Below, one piece after another: positions 23,804-35,342 of a stretch of 40,241 nucleotides of DNA. Origin of the DNA: Basidiobolus meristosporus CBS 931.73 (lineage: Eukaryota > Fungi > Basidiobolomycota); contig MCFE01000744.1 in the NCBI GenBank assembly GCA_002104905.1, positions 1 through 40,241 on the forward strand, read 5' to 3'. The position numbers were made by a program, and so were the translations under genes. Position 1 is the first letter of the stretch, and the number at the start of each line of letters is the position of its first letter. The notes below the pieces were generated by a model. The model had not been told where the DNA came from. It ran no database searches and saw nothing but the letters and a program-made list of their open reading frames with translations.

Positions 23804-24172
23804 TGCTGAAATATTGGACTGATTGGTATCATTCTGTAGCTAAGAATTTACTTAACAATTCTGGACTAGTCTTGGTCACTGTGGGACTAATTTACAGCTC
23901 TAACTTTGCCACTTTCTTCAGATCTATGATCTTATGATTATTCCTCTATAGTCAGGATCAAATTAGCACTAATACTAACTATTAAGTACTAACCCTGAAA
24001 CTGTTACAGAATGCTCCTGAATATGGAGAAGCCCTCCTTACTTAGTGTTACTGCTGTATTACTTCTTCAAAGGTATAAAAACTGAGCTTCTTCATCAATA
24101 AACAACAGTTCAACTATTATCACTATTTCTTGTTAAGTTCCTTTTATCCAAATCACTTCTTAAATTGCCACA
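23804..24172 (+). repeat. C5 3' LTR (369 bp)
   Basis: TG...CA ends. About 88% identical to the 5' LTR by hand count. Confidence 0.93.
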
Positions 24173-24759
24173 GTTCAGACCTAGGAAATTATTGTATGGG
24201 CTTAAGCAGGCACTTAAAGCATGGTATAACAAGATTGACACATATTTACAGGATATTGGGTTTTCTCACAGCACTGCAGATCACAGTATATATGTGAAAC
24301 AGCTGAGAAAAGGTGTGATCATCATAGTTCTTTATGTGGGCAACCTAATAAAAGCTAAAAGTGACCAAGAGGTACTTAAACAGACAAAATTACATCTCTT
24401 CAACAGGCTTGAGATGAAAGCTCTTGCAAAAATGAGCTACCTTCTTGGAAAAGATGCCAAGTTTGACATACCTACATAAAATATTATGCTGAATCAGTCT
24501 AAAAACATCAGGGACATTTTCAAATGCTTTAAGGTAGAGTATGCCAGCTTGCAGCTACCGCAATGGACAATATCCAAAAACTGAGCAAATCTCAGCCAAT
24601 TTTGGGTCTTTAAGGCTCAAATATGGATCAAAACTTTCCCTATCGGTCAATGTTTAGTGGCTGAATGTAATTGATGGTGTTTACGGGTCAAGATAGTGAA
24701 GTGGCAACTTGAACAGTCAGTCAATTAATGCAAAACTCTGGATCAGATCAGATTACCGC
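24173..24759 (+). mobile_element. pol: C4 RT, central fragment
   Basis: KLLYGLKQALKAWYNKIDTYL...VLYVGNL. Interrupted at 24760 by the G2 solo LTR. Confidence 0.9.
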
Positions 24760-25830
24760 TGTGGTGATGTATAAGTCCAAGGGAGAGATACATCCAATAC
24801 TTCTCAAGTGTTTTGTGTGTGGGGTGTTCACTGGGTGCAACAACCTCTGGCAAAAGCTTGCTAGGAATACTTGGGTTCTGTCTCTAATCTAATGTGAAGG
24901 GGAATAAAGCCACAAGCTTGTCAAGGGAAAACTATTGAGTTACAATCCCCAACTTAGTAGGTGTCTTAACAAAAGTATGTGCTGGGTTCAGCATCCTTTG
25001 AGATGACAATGTACTAAAGCTTCCAAAGTCAAAACAACTGTAAACTCCACCAGCAGGAACTTCATAAGAATGCAGCTGTGGTCAATAGTTACAAAGACAG
25101 AAAAGTATCTTTGCCTGTACCAGAACAAACTTGGGAAAGAATCAAATATAATAAAAGATACCTACTCTGAGTATTCCTCACAAGTAGTGCCTCCAAGGTC
25201 AGTTGGCTGTCAGCACGGTTTCCTGGGAGTGTCCTGCGGTCTGGGGTTGGAAGTTCAGGTACCATCAGGTAGCAGTGATCACACTAATCAACAAGTCGGT
25301 ATATTGATAAAAGGGATGATGATTTATTGTTGAGGGATAGCCTCCCTTATATACTTTTCTCACTGGCTAAGTGATTACTAATCATGGTGCTCCAGAAGGT
25401 TCCGGATATCAATAGAAATCTTAATGACATCAGAATGACCTAAGAATGTTCTAAGTAGGTGCCAGAAGGTTCTAAGAGGCACAACACATCCAACCAATCA
25501 GGAATCAGTATTCTGAAACCTGTGTAACATGGGGATACCATATATGGTATGGAAATGGTAGGGATGGTGTCATGGGTTGATCATGTGTCACGGGTACTGG
25601 CACGGGTACTTGCCTAATATAGAAGCACTTATAGCTAGTAATCTTACATAGAGTGAGGGGTAACTTATGCAATAAGGTAAGCAGGTGTGATAGTCAACCG
25701 GCTTGTGGGATAGTAATGATTGGGTAAGACAAATGGGATAAAACTGAAATAAGTGTAGTAGAGATATAGGGAAGTAGAAAATAGGGGGATGAGCACATCT
25801 GTCAGTGGGTGTCACTGTCACCCCACTACA
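24760..25830 (-). mobile_element. G2 solo LTR (1071 bp)
   Basis: About 96% identical to 36138-37208, with the same length. Perfect 4-bp TSD CCGC. Flanks rejoin to copia DQIT-AVKWVFKY. Confidence 0.95.
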
Positions 25831-26359
25831 CCGCAGTCAAATGGGTTTTCAAATATCCACAAGGTACCGTCAGTATGGTATTGCCCAATTGACTAAATGG
25901 TGGTAGTTACACTGACAAAACTACCGGCTAGACCACAGTTTGAAAATCTCAGTGAGGAATTTGGATTAAGAAGTTATTTAGTTGAGGGGGAGTGTAGAAA
26001 TATAGGACTACTTGGTATCACTCAGCAGCTGAAAATTTATTAACATTTCTGGCCCAGTCTTGGTCACTGTAGGACTAACTCACAGCCCTAACTTTGGCTC
26101 TTTTGTCAGATCTATGATCCTATAATCATTCCCTTGTAGTCAAGGTAAAATAAGCACTTTTTTCAAACAATATATACCAACACTGAAACTGTTACAGAAT
26201 GCTCCTGAGTGTTGAAGAACACTCTATACTTAGTGTACAATTGAACAGCTTCTACAAAGGTATAAATACTGAGTTTCCTTGTGAAGAAACAATAGTTCAA
26301 CCAATATCACTATTTCTTGATAACTTCCTTGTATCAAAATCACTTCTTAAGTTACAACA
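25831..26359 (+). mobile_element. C4 3' end: RT tail, RNase H with 400-bp deletion, PPT and 3' LTR (25993-26359)
   Basis: GAGGGGGAG precedes TGTAGAAA...TACAACA. The LTR is homologous to the other copia LTRs. Confidence 0.9.
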
Positions 26360-29300
26360 AATGATGGCTTGCTGATAGCTTGTGCACCAAGCAGCCTTTA
26401 CAGCAATGCCCTGAATCACCAGCAGACATCACTAAGAAGGGAGCTGAAGACATTCAGACAGAAATTAGTGTTTCAAGAATACATCTATTGGTATAGATAC
26501 CTACTTAGAAAGTTTGGCAGAATGGACCCCCTGGATCAGGTGGATTACTTTATTGATGGATTGAAAGAAGGAACTTGCAAAGAAGTGAGTTATTGAAGAA
26601 CTTGGACTATTGAAGAATCCATCAACATTGCCATTGACTATGACTCAGCTATGTTTGAAGTTGGAAAGCCCACAATGAGTAATCAGAGAGGCTACAATTG
26701 CTACAAAAGAAGACAATCCAAAGCAGGGCCAATGGAAATAGACACTACACAGAAGAATCCTACCTCAGAAGAATGTAAGAAGAAAGGACTATGCTTTGAT
26801 TGCCACCAGCACCAGGACCTTTGCTCTTATTGAAGCCCTTTAGCAAAGTAACATGGGGGATGAAGTTGAAGACAACTCAGAATTCACCTTCTGCCTGACC
26901 AAAGAATACTTATCCCAAGTGACCACAGACTCAGGAAAGCTCTAATACTTGAGTAGAGCAATCAATGGAGTACCTGCCAAGATTACAATTGACTCAGTAG
27001 CATCACATGAGTACATGTCAGAGCAAATGCCTTGAGAGCTGGAGTCAACTTGAAATCAACTCAATCAGCTTCAGTCTCAACAGTCAATGGGAACTCTGAC
27101 ATAATCAACTATATCACTTGGCCAGTAAGAATCAAAATAAATGACTAAAAAGTATACCTACAGGTCAACATATTTGGAAAACTGCAAATTTGACCTGGTT
27201 CTTGGACACACAAGCCTATCAAATGTAATCCATCAATCAGTTGGAGTACCCATGCAACTCAGATCCAAAAAAGACAATCAAACCCATGAGCAACTAACTG
27301 CCAGACTGGAATTCAACTTGGTCATTTCCAGTGTGTTAGATATAAGTGAGCTTAGCAAGACACAGTTCTGTACAGCACTGAGGAAAGTTGCACCAATGTT
27401 ACTCATTGCAGTATTACAAGATGACAATGTTGCAATTTAAGAAGTGATTTGGATATAAGGAACTTATCAAGAAATAATGATAATAGTTGAAGTGTTGTGT
27501 GTTAATAAAGAAGCTCAGTATTTATACCTTTGTGGAAGTAATACAGCTGTAACACTAAGTAAGGAGGGTTTCTCAATATCCAGGAGCATTCTGTAACAGT
27601 TTCAGGGTTAGTACATAATGTTTAGTAATGGTGCTAATTTGATCCTGACTATAAGGGAATAATCATAAGATCATAGATCTGAAGAAAGTGGCAAAGTTAG
27701 AGCTGTAAATTAGTCCCACTGTGACCAAGACTAATCCAGAATTGTCAAGTAAATTTTTAGCTGCAGAATGATACCAAACAATCTAATATTTCAACAGACA
27801 CCTCTACTCCAGTATCTTGGAAAGTCCAGACCCTTCTGAAGGAAAATTCAAATGTGTTTCTAGAAGTGCTTGTAAGCCTACCACCTATCAGATACATGGC
27901 TTATGCCATTGAAACAGGAGATAGCCCCTAGTATGCCAAGCATCTTGCATGATGGGTCCAATGGAGTAGGAAGAGTTGAAGAGACATATGGACCAACTAC
28001 TGGAGCAAGAAAATGTCAGGGCCAGCAAGTTACCTTGGGAGCACTAGTGCTTTTTATGAAGAAGAAGGATGGATCACTTGTGATGTGCATTTACTACTGA
28101 GCCCTTAACTTAGTTTCTATCAGAAGAGGTGCCCCTTATACTGGATTAATGAGTTTTTGGACCAACTCACTGCAGCCACCATATTCAGTAAGATTGACCT
28201 CATGTCAGGATACAGCCAGAATTGAGTGAAAGCAGAAGATATCCCTGAGAGAGCATTGAGGATCAGACATGGACATTACAAGTACTGGTCATGAGTTTTG
28301 GCCTCACAAATTCTCCTCCAACACTCATGATCTTAATGCAAAACATCTTCTAGGAGTACTTAGACAAGTCTGCGGTGATCTACCTGGATGACATATTGAT
28401 ATAAAACTACATAGAAGAAGACTACATGGTGCACTTTAAAAAGGTCTTAAAGAAGCTAAGAGAGAACAGGCTATATGGTATGCCAGCAAAGTGTGAATTC
28501 TTAAAGTACATGTTGAGTATCTAGGATACATAGTGACTTACACTGGAGTAAACTAAGACCCCAAGTAAGTGCAAGTGATTAAGAATCTGAAGCAGCCCCA
28601 TAGCATTTCAGAGCACAGATTATTTCTTGAAGTGGTGTCTGGTTATCTGAGATTTATCAAGTCCTTTGCAATTATAGCAGCCCCATTAACTGATATCCTC
28701 AGGAAAGACAACACCTTGAAGTGGGACATTGCCTGTGAGACTGCATTTCAGACACTCAACAATGAGCTTGCCAAGCTGCCAAGCTTCAGAAAGAACTTCA
28801 CCAGTGCTTCATAATAGTCAACTGGTAGAGAGCTGAGCCAAAAAAATGAGGAAAATGAATACCCAGTTGCTTTCAAATCCAAGAAACTGAACTCAGCAAA
28901 ACAAAACAATCCAGTACATGAGAAGGGGATGCTTGCCATAATACACTGCATAAAGATATTGGGATACCATAATCAAGAAATCAAGTGCACTGTGAAGACT
29001 GATTGTGCCTCACTTTCATATATATTTACTCAGATAGTGCTATACAGAAGTATGACAAGATGGAGTGAAAACACTCAGCAACTTGACCTGGAGATTGTCT
29101 ACTGCCATGGGAAAAATCAACAGTTACTGAACCCTAACAAGACTGGAAAAAGTTGCACATGAATCTGATTGGCCCAGCCTGTTATTAAGGTACTTTCCTA
29201 ACAAGGAGGATAAAGATATCAAGGAGATTATCCCAGATGTAGCCAGCAAGTATGGAGTACAGGCTGAGACCATTGATCAATTTGCTGATGGAAGCCTGTT

Positions 29301-29814
29301 ACCTCTTCCCACTGTGTTTCTTGCATGGATTCAATAACAAGCTACACAATGAATATGGACATCTTAGAAAAGAAGGAACCTATAGACTTGTAAAAGCTAG
29401 AGGATAATAGCTTTGAATGAAACAAGATATTGAGAAGCTAGAGAAAATATGGCCAAGTTGCTAAAGCAACTAATCTTAGCCACAGAGAATTGCTTAACTT
29501 TCTCCCTTGGAGCCAGGAAGAACGTTTGAAAGATGGAGAATTTACTTTATTGAAAGACTGCGCAATACTAAAAAATGCAACAGGTAGACTCTTGTAGCAA
29601 TTGACCACGCCACAAAATGGCCAGTGGCAAGAGCTGTACCAGTAGCCAGTGAGTAAGCTGGTGATGAATCAGCAGATCCTTTTGAGACAGAAATAGATGC
29701 ATAAAGTGAGATCTAATTGTGCAATTATGATAATATCAAATGAGTTGTCAGCCACAACCTACATTAGAAAATACAACTTGTCAATAATTAACCCTTATAT
29801 CAAGACTTGTAACC
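26360..29814 (+). mobile_element. G1 copy C: gag C-terminal half, protease, RT, RNase H, integrase start and collapsed 3' LTR remnant (about 29660-29814)
   Basis: MDPLDQVDYFIDGLK, ITIDSVAS, FMKKKDGSL, intact YLDD near 28381, AIDHATKWPVARAVP. Ends in the G1 LTR terminal sequence CAAGACTTGTAAC. Confidence 0.9.
27428..27796 (-). mobile_element. Copia solo LTR (369 bp) inserted antisense in G1-C
   Basis: Complete LTR with TG...CA ends. TSD GACAA/GACAC. Flanks rejoin to AVLQD-TSTPV. Confidence 0.92.
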
Positions 29815-30399
29815 ATAGCCAAAAAGTGAGTGAGATCCAGTGTTTTTACTTCATAACCCATACGCATTATTTTCGTTCAAACTCCAGTGCTAAGATTTAT
29901 ATCTTTCCATAGAGAGACCTTGTGGATGTACTTATGTAATTGCAGCAAACCTGGCAAGCTCTAAGCTATTGGCCTTAATATGGAATTGATCAAAAGCTGA
30001 ATATACTTAAGAGAGATGGAGTCTATTGGTACAAATGTTTTTCACTAGAAGCATTGCATTTGCCCTTCAACACTATGCCAATACTGAAGACCAGGTTGTA
30101 CATGTGCCACTTCAAGCTAAGTTAGCCCTTTGAGATGCTGAAGAGAAGTGAGAATTTGCAAAATATTAAGTAATTTTGTTAGTCAAAAGTACTTCTTGTT
30201 TGTTCTGGTTAATATAGATATGTGTTCACAACAACCTCTATGAGAATGATGGTGATGATCCCATGAAAAGGCTTGCACAACTTCTAAGTCCTATGACTCA
30301 GAGGTATTGATCCCATCAGGACACCATGCATAGACTGCCAAGAAATAATTGAACCCCAGATTTGACAATAAACTTGGTCAAAATTTTTCATTACAACAT

Positions 30400-31971
30400 T
30401 ACAAAGGTGGTTTTGATTGTTTCACTGCCAATTTTCTTACTTTCTGATCCTGCACACTCTATCATTTCCTATGGTTGTATGCATTAATTGGCTATTGCCT
30501 CTTTTCACACTCCTTACTTCCTAACTCATCTGTTTCTCTTACTTATCCTGCTAACAAATTGATTGATTTCTGCAGAAACTTCAGTGGTACCTCATTTGCC
30601 AATTGTATTGACCTATACAAGTCCCTATACCCTATATTAACACCAAGCTCAACCTCACAGTCAACAAGTAACTCCATTAATATCTACAACTCAATAAGTA
30701 TTTTAGCTGTAACACTCTGTTTCCATGACTTTGGCAGGAGCCTTACAGCACTATGCCACTGTTGATTCACTAGTTCCAATACATCCTGGTCTTCAGCCAG
30801 CACTGCAAGGTGTAGCATCTCATCTGCCAGTCTTTGCAATAAGTCCTTGCATTATACATGGGCATTTTCTTGAGCGCTGCTCTTGAAGAAGTGCTGCAAC
30901 CACTTGGGGTGCCTGTCAATGTTCTAAAATTCCACTGAAGGCTTTGCAATAAACTTTTGGGTTCTTGATGTAGTTACTTAGCTTGCTGATGGATTTCCTC
31001 TCCATCTGCAATTGAGGATGTGCAGGCTGTAGTAGACAAGTTGCCTTTCTGTGCAAACTCTTCTACCTCACTGGTGTCAAGTTGAGCTTCCTGCACTTCA
31101 AACTCTTGGCATAGAGCTGCTTTCCTGTTTGCAATTCTTTGTTATCACGCTTTCATGTCTCTGGCTTGGGTAGATGTTTTCCCCTTTACCTTTTCCTTTA
31201 TCAATACCAGGTCTTTCACTGCTACTTTGTGTAATTACTTCTTGTATCAAACTATGTTTTCTTCTTAATAAATGCTGCTAAAGGTGTTGGCTTGCTAGAC
31301 CTCTAATAGCCTCTTGAATTTTAGCCCACTCTTTGTCATTGCACTCAATAGCTTCACAGATCTTTAGTATTGTTTAATTGTTAGGCTTTGGTATCAACAC
31401 TGCAGCTGCTACATCCCATGATGTGATAGGTTTTCTTGTAAAAAAATCATAATTCTACCTAAATTTTTACCTAACTTAGTCACTTAGATCATTACCTTCA
31501 AATCCAAGAGGATACTGCCCAAATTTCTTGTTGGGATTTACTCAGAATATTCTCATCAAAATACCAGGTACCCAGAACATGAAAATTTGCAAAGTTGTCC
31601 AAACAGCCACAAATTTGCACACATGTTGTTGGGTGAACACCACATAATCTACTTGTCCTCCCAATCACTTCCAATATCCCCAAGACTTGTACAACATTTC
31701 TATGGGTTTTATTTTTGGACACTGTTGTTGTCCTTCAAAGACTGTTTGGAGTGCCACTGTTGTTACAATAGGAAGTGGCTCAAATCTTGGATGTGACACT
31801 GAGCTACTTGAGCTCCTTCTTTTCAGCAAACATACTGCTTTCTCTACCTGGGATAATGATTGCTCTACACATATTTTCTGCCCATCCTGTTTCTGGACTA
31901 TATTCTGATTTTTGTGGCCATTGCATCTATCCTGTCAGCCACTGCATCTACCCTATGAAAAATAATTTGGT
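30400..31971 (-). pseudogene. Accessory gene copy 3; 5' part missing, but it preserves a C-terminal ~120 codons that copy 1 lacks
   Basis: Reverse complement of 7330-8805 and 35690-36110. The frame continues AEDQDVLELVNQQWHSAVRLLPKSWKQ...LANEVPLKFLQK. Confidence 0.72.
31437..31696. mobile_element. Solo LTR, family L3, second copy (260 bp, about 90-bp internal deletion)
   Basis: Inverted homolog of 6569-6917. TSD TTTCT (31432-31436 and 31697-31701). The first TGT appears to be lost. Confidence 0.8.
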
Positions 31972-32429
31972 CCCACAGGTGGATCCAATCCAGATCATCC
32001 GTCAAGATCCTGTTTAGAGACCATCATAATAACAGCAGCTTGGAATTAGTGACCCTCCTGAGAGTCTTATAACAAGATCATGATGGTGTTTTGCAAATTT
32101 TACAGCCAAATCAAGGGATAAAACCTGACAATTTTTGATTGGTGCTGTGACAATGTTTGCATGGTATTGTTGCGGTCTTTCAGCACTCTATTACTATTTT
32201 AAGTGGATCCAGTTAGCCAGGAATTCCAATTGCCTTATATGGCAAGAAACTTGACGGTATCTAGACAGCCTCACAGCAAGACTCTGATGGCTTTTGTCTT
32301 GGCAGTATGACAGCCAGCTGCTGGTTCTGTATAATGCTACCATACCAGTTCACCAAATGGTATTTCCTTTTTCTACCTCCCCTTGTGCAACTTATATATT
32401 CCACTGTAGAATCACCTTACTTTATTTGC

Positions 32430-35120
32430 TTACCCACTGCTACCTTGAGTATTCCACAAATAGTTTGAATCAAAAAAAACTATGGCCTCCTGCTTACTAA
32501 CCTCTACAAACCCACACACCTGCCACAATTGACATACTTCTATCATCTGAACTTTATGGCTTTTTAATGTGATACTTGCAAAGTTGTCATATACCTTATA
32601 CTGCTGGTAGCATATTCTTCTTGCAAACATATGCTTGGTTGTTGCCATTTCTGTCATGAATACCTCCTGAATATTGGCAAAGAACTTCTTGGTATTTAGC
32701 CAATATATTCCTTCTCCCTGCTGAATTCTAGTCCCCCTTATAGGTGCGCTCTGGCTTTTGTTTGTGTGAATTCTGTATCAAATGGTGTAGAAGTTGGCTT
32801 GTTGCCACAAGAAATCTGGCATATCTTGGTGGAGTTTCCCTGATAAAAGTTAGTTGCTTGTTGCACCCAACCCAACTTTGCATTACTTAACTGATTACCC
32901 ACTCATTGGGGCTGCTTAGCTTCTTGATGTCATTGGCATAGGTGTCCCCATGTTCACATTTGTCCTCAGTATTTTCCAACTCTTTCTGGATGTCCTCCAT
33001 GTACCAACTCATCACATCCATCACAGACTTGATGGTAATATTCTTGATGAGATTGGGATATGGTAGTACCTGCAACTTGACTTGTCTTCCTATCTCCCCA
33101 CACATCTGCTCCATAGGAAATTCCCAAAAGGTGAAGCAAGGCCCAATATTCTCCAGACACTGTGTAAGATGGAGTAGAGAATGGATACAGTAGTGGCAGA
33201 GATCTACGCATTCAGCTTTATGTTTGTAGTATAGCTGCTCAAATGGCATCACAAACTCCTCACACAACAGCTGTAGATGCATCAAGTTGGCATTGGTGAT
33301 CTGCTTCTGGATAAATATTCCTACAATGTCCACATATGACTCCCAATGCTTCCAATGTACTCTTGGTAGGAATGGCTTCAGAACACCACTTGAATCAATA
33401 CATATCCAGTTCATCCAGTCTTTGCATTTGTATTGCTGCATATGCATATGAATATTAATTGGAGCCTGTGAGAAGTACTTAGGGTAGCGGATACTCTGTA
33501 ATATCTTGCCAATTTTCTCAAATTTCTCTGGTATCTCAAAGGGTTCATTTAGCGTGATATGCCCCATGTACAACTTGGTCATCAGTATAGGGATATTGGT
33601 GAAAAGCAAATGCATTGCTCCCAGTGGAAAGCTTTTGCTCCAACAGATACCCACTATCCTAAGTATCTCCAGTTTCCAATTGATTCCATATTCCAGCCAA
33701 TGGCTTATTGCTTGCCAACTTTGCTGCAATTGCATGCTTACTTCTGTACATTCTCTCTGTGGAAAGATGATGTTCTTAGTGCTGGTGTTTGGGTTATAAT
33801 AAGGTGTGTGAGTTATGGAGTACATCCCCGGGATCTCACACATTTGACAGCAATACCATCCATTATGCCCAGAAAAGCCTGCTATCTTGCTGATGGCTGG
33901 GGTATCTCCAATTCAGATAGTAATATGCGCTTTTACATGATGGCCATTTACCATTATCCTGCTGGAATGCATACAAAGTTCACCCAGCAATGGATACAGT
34001 AGCTATCCAGGTAGGACAGTAATTTAGGCCCAGATACCAGTGAGACTACCATCAGATTATTGCTCTGATACCATAAGATGGGCAGCAGATTCAGATTGAT
34101 GAGAATCAGTGGCCAGCAGGATTTGCTGGTAGAGTACTTGTTTAATGTGAATCCATCAAGTGCTAAAGCAAAGGCATGGTCATACATACCTTCAAAGCAG
34201 CCCTTGCTTCTTAGCTGTTTGTAATGTTTGCCATCAGGTATATTGGATATGTTTGCGCTTGATTGATACTGAGTGTGGTGCTGTATAGCTTTGCAATATC
34301 TGTTGGACTGTATCAGCTTCCTCAGATGGGGTATGACCAGAATATATCCAGAGTGTGAATGATGTTTTCCCTCAATGGTAGTGGATTCCTGACAATTTGG
34401 ACATGTTGCAATGGTAGCATTTTTGGATGTTAATGCCATGCAACTGTTAATGCATGCTGGAATCAGGATAGTCTCTGGGTCATATGTTGCCAGCTGCATG
34501 ATGGTTGTCTGCTTGTATCATGTACATGGTAAGTTGCATCCCAGTATGATTATGGTAAGTAGTGGTAATAAGTCCTCAAGGCCCCCATTACTGATATTAG
34601 TGGAAACACACCACTTCTCTAGCCACAACAATACATCATTCACCAGTAGATGAATTACTGGGCTCACTTGGCTCCATAAAGTATCCTTGGCATTTGCTTC
34701 AACGGGTGTTGTCTCATTGCATATAGGGATTTGACTGGGCTCATATGTGGTACTGTTGTTAGGGGAGATAGGCTCCAAATCCATCACTGAACCTTCTTTG
34801 TCAGAGCTATCACTCTGCATGCCATATTCAGAAGGCTGAGGTGAGCTTAAAGGCATCACAAACTCACCTGACTCAGTTTGTGCAAGGTGACAAAGACAGC
34901 CAGGTGCCAATATAGAAGTATGAACTGGCTGGCAAGATAATGCTGGTACAGTAGTGACTGATGAATGGTCAAATATGACTTGGGTGGGAAAACACTGCCT
35001 GTGATCCTTGGAATACTTACTATGCTGTCTGCATGCTTCATGGCTGAGAGGCTTGCCACAATAGCCACATGGTCTTTTTTCTCTTCTCTTACAGCATTGA
35101 GTGAAAGTGGTCTTGTCCAT
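32430..35120 (-). pseudogene. CMC/CACTA transposase copy 2; near complete, few frameshifts and stops, 5' exon structure uncertain
   Basis: CINSCMA...CPNCQE, IPDGKHYKQL, ALDGF, SCWPLILINLNL, GPK..LDSY, IGDTPAISK..GHNGWYCCQMCEIPG, HSLLHL, GPCFTFWEFPMEQMCG. Candidate DDE residues are in DGF, GD and ME. Confidence 0.92.
32840..32898 (-). other. Putative 59-nt intron in transposase copy 2
   Basis: GTAATC...ACTAAC.TTTTATCAG with a canonical fungal branch site. An alternative in-phase donor GTAATG lies at 32886. Confidence 0.68.
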
Positions 35121-35342
35121 GAGGCAAACAGCTTGACCTTCAACAACATAACGCTATTATATCACTTTTTGGTCTATACTCATGTGAACTTAAGACAGTC
35201 TTGTACTTGAGACATTGCACCTACATGAATGTAAGATTCAATGATGACCCGCCATAGTTAGCATTATAAATGAAGTTGTGGCACCACATACACACATATA
35301 TGTAACACTATTTCCCCTTTGGTTTGACTCACTTCCATATAT

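Larger units (their letters stand above)
19543..24172 (+). mobile_element. Ty1/copia copy C5, structurally full length (4630 bp), degenerate
   Basis: Two LTRs, PBS, gag-PR-INT-RT-RH, PPT. TSD GTGCA/GTTCA (4 of 5 match). Flanks rejoin to the RT sequence KVC-RPRKLLYGLKQA. Confidence 0.96.

Noticed and set aside
25070-25333. 87-90 aa antisense ORF present in both G2 LTRs (also 36439-36711)
   Set aside because: The conservation is explained by about 96% LTR identity. About 4 of 7 differences are non-synonymous, and there is no recognisable motif.
11600-29814. Inverted duplication centred on the NUMT
   Set aside because: G1-B and G1-C, and the flanking copia copies, are substantially diverged and break at different points. 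The mirror layout is not a copy.
35125-35260. Specific 5' micro-exon models for the transposase (MSQ or MAGHH first exon)
   Set aside because: Donor and acceptor sites and frame are not consistent between the two copies, so the start codon is left unresolved.
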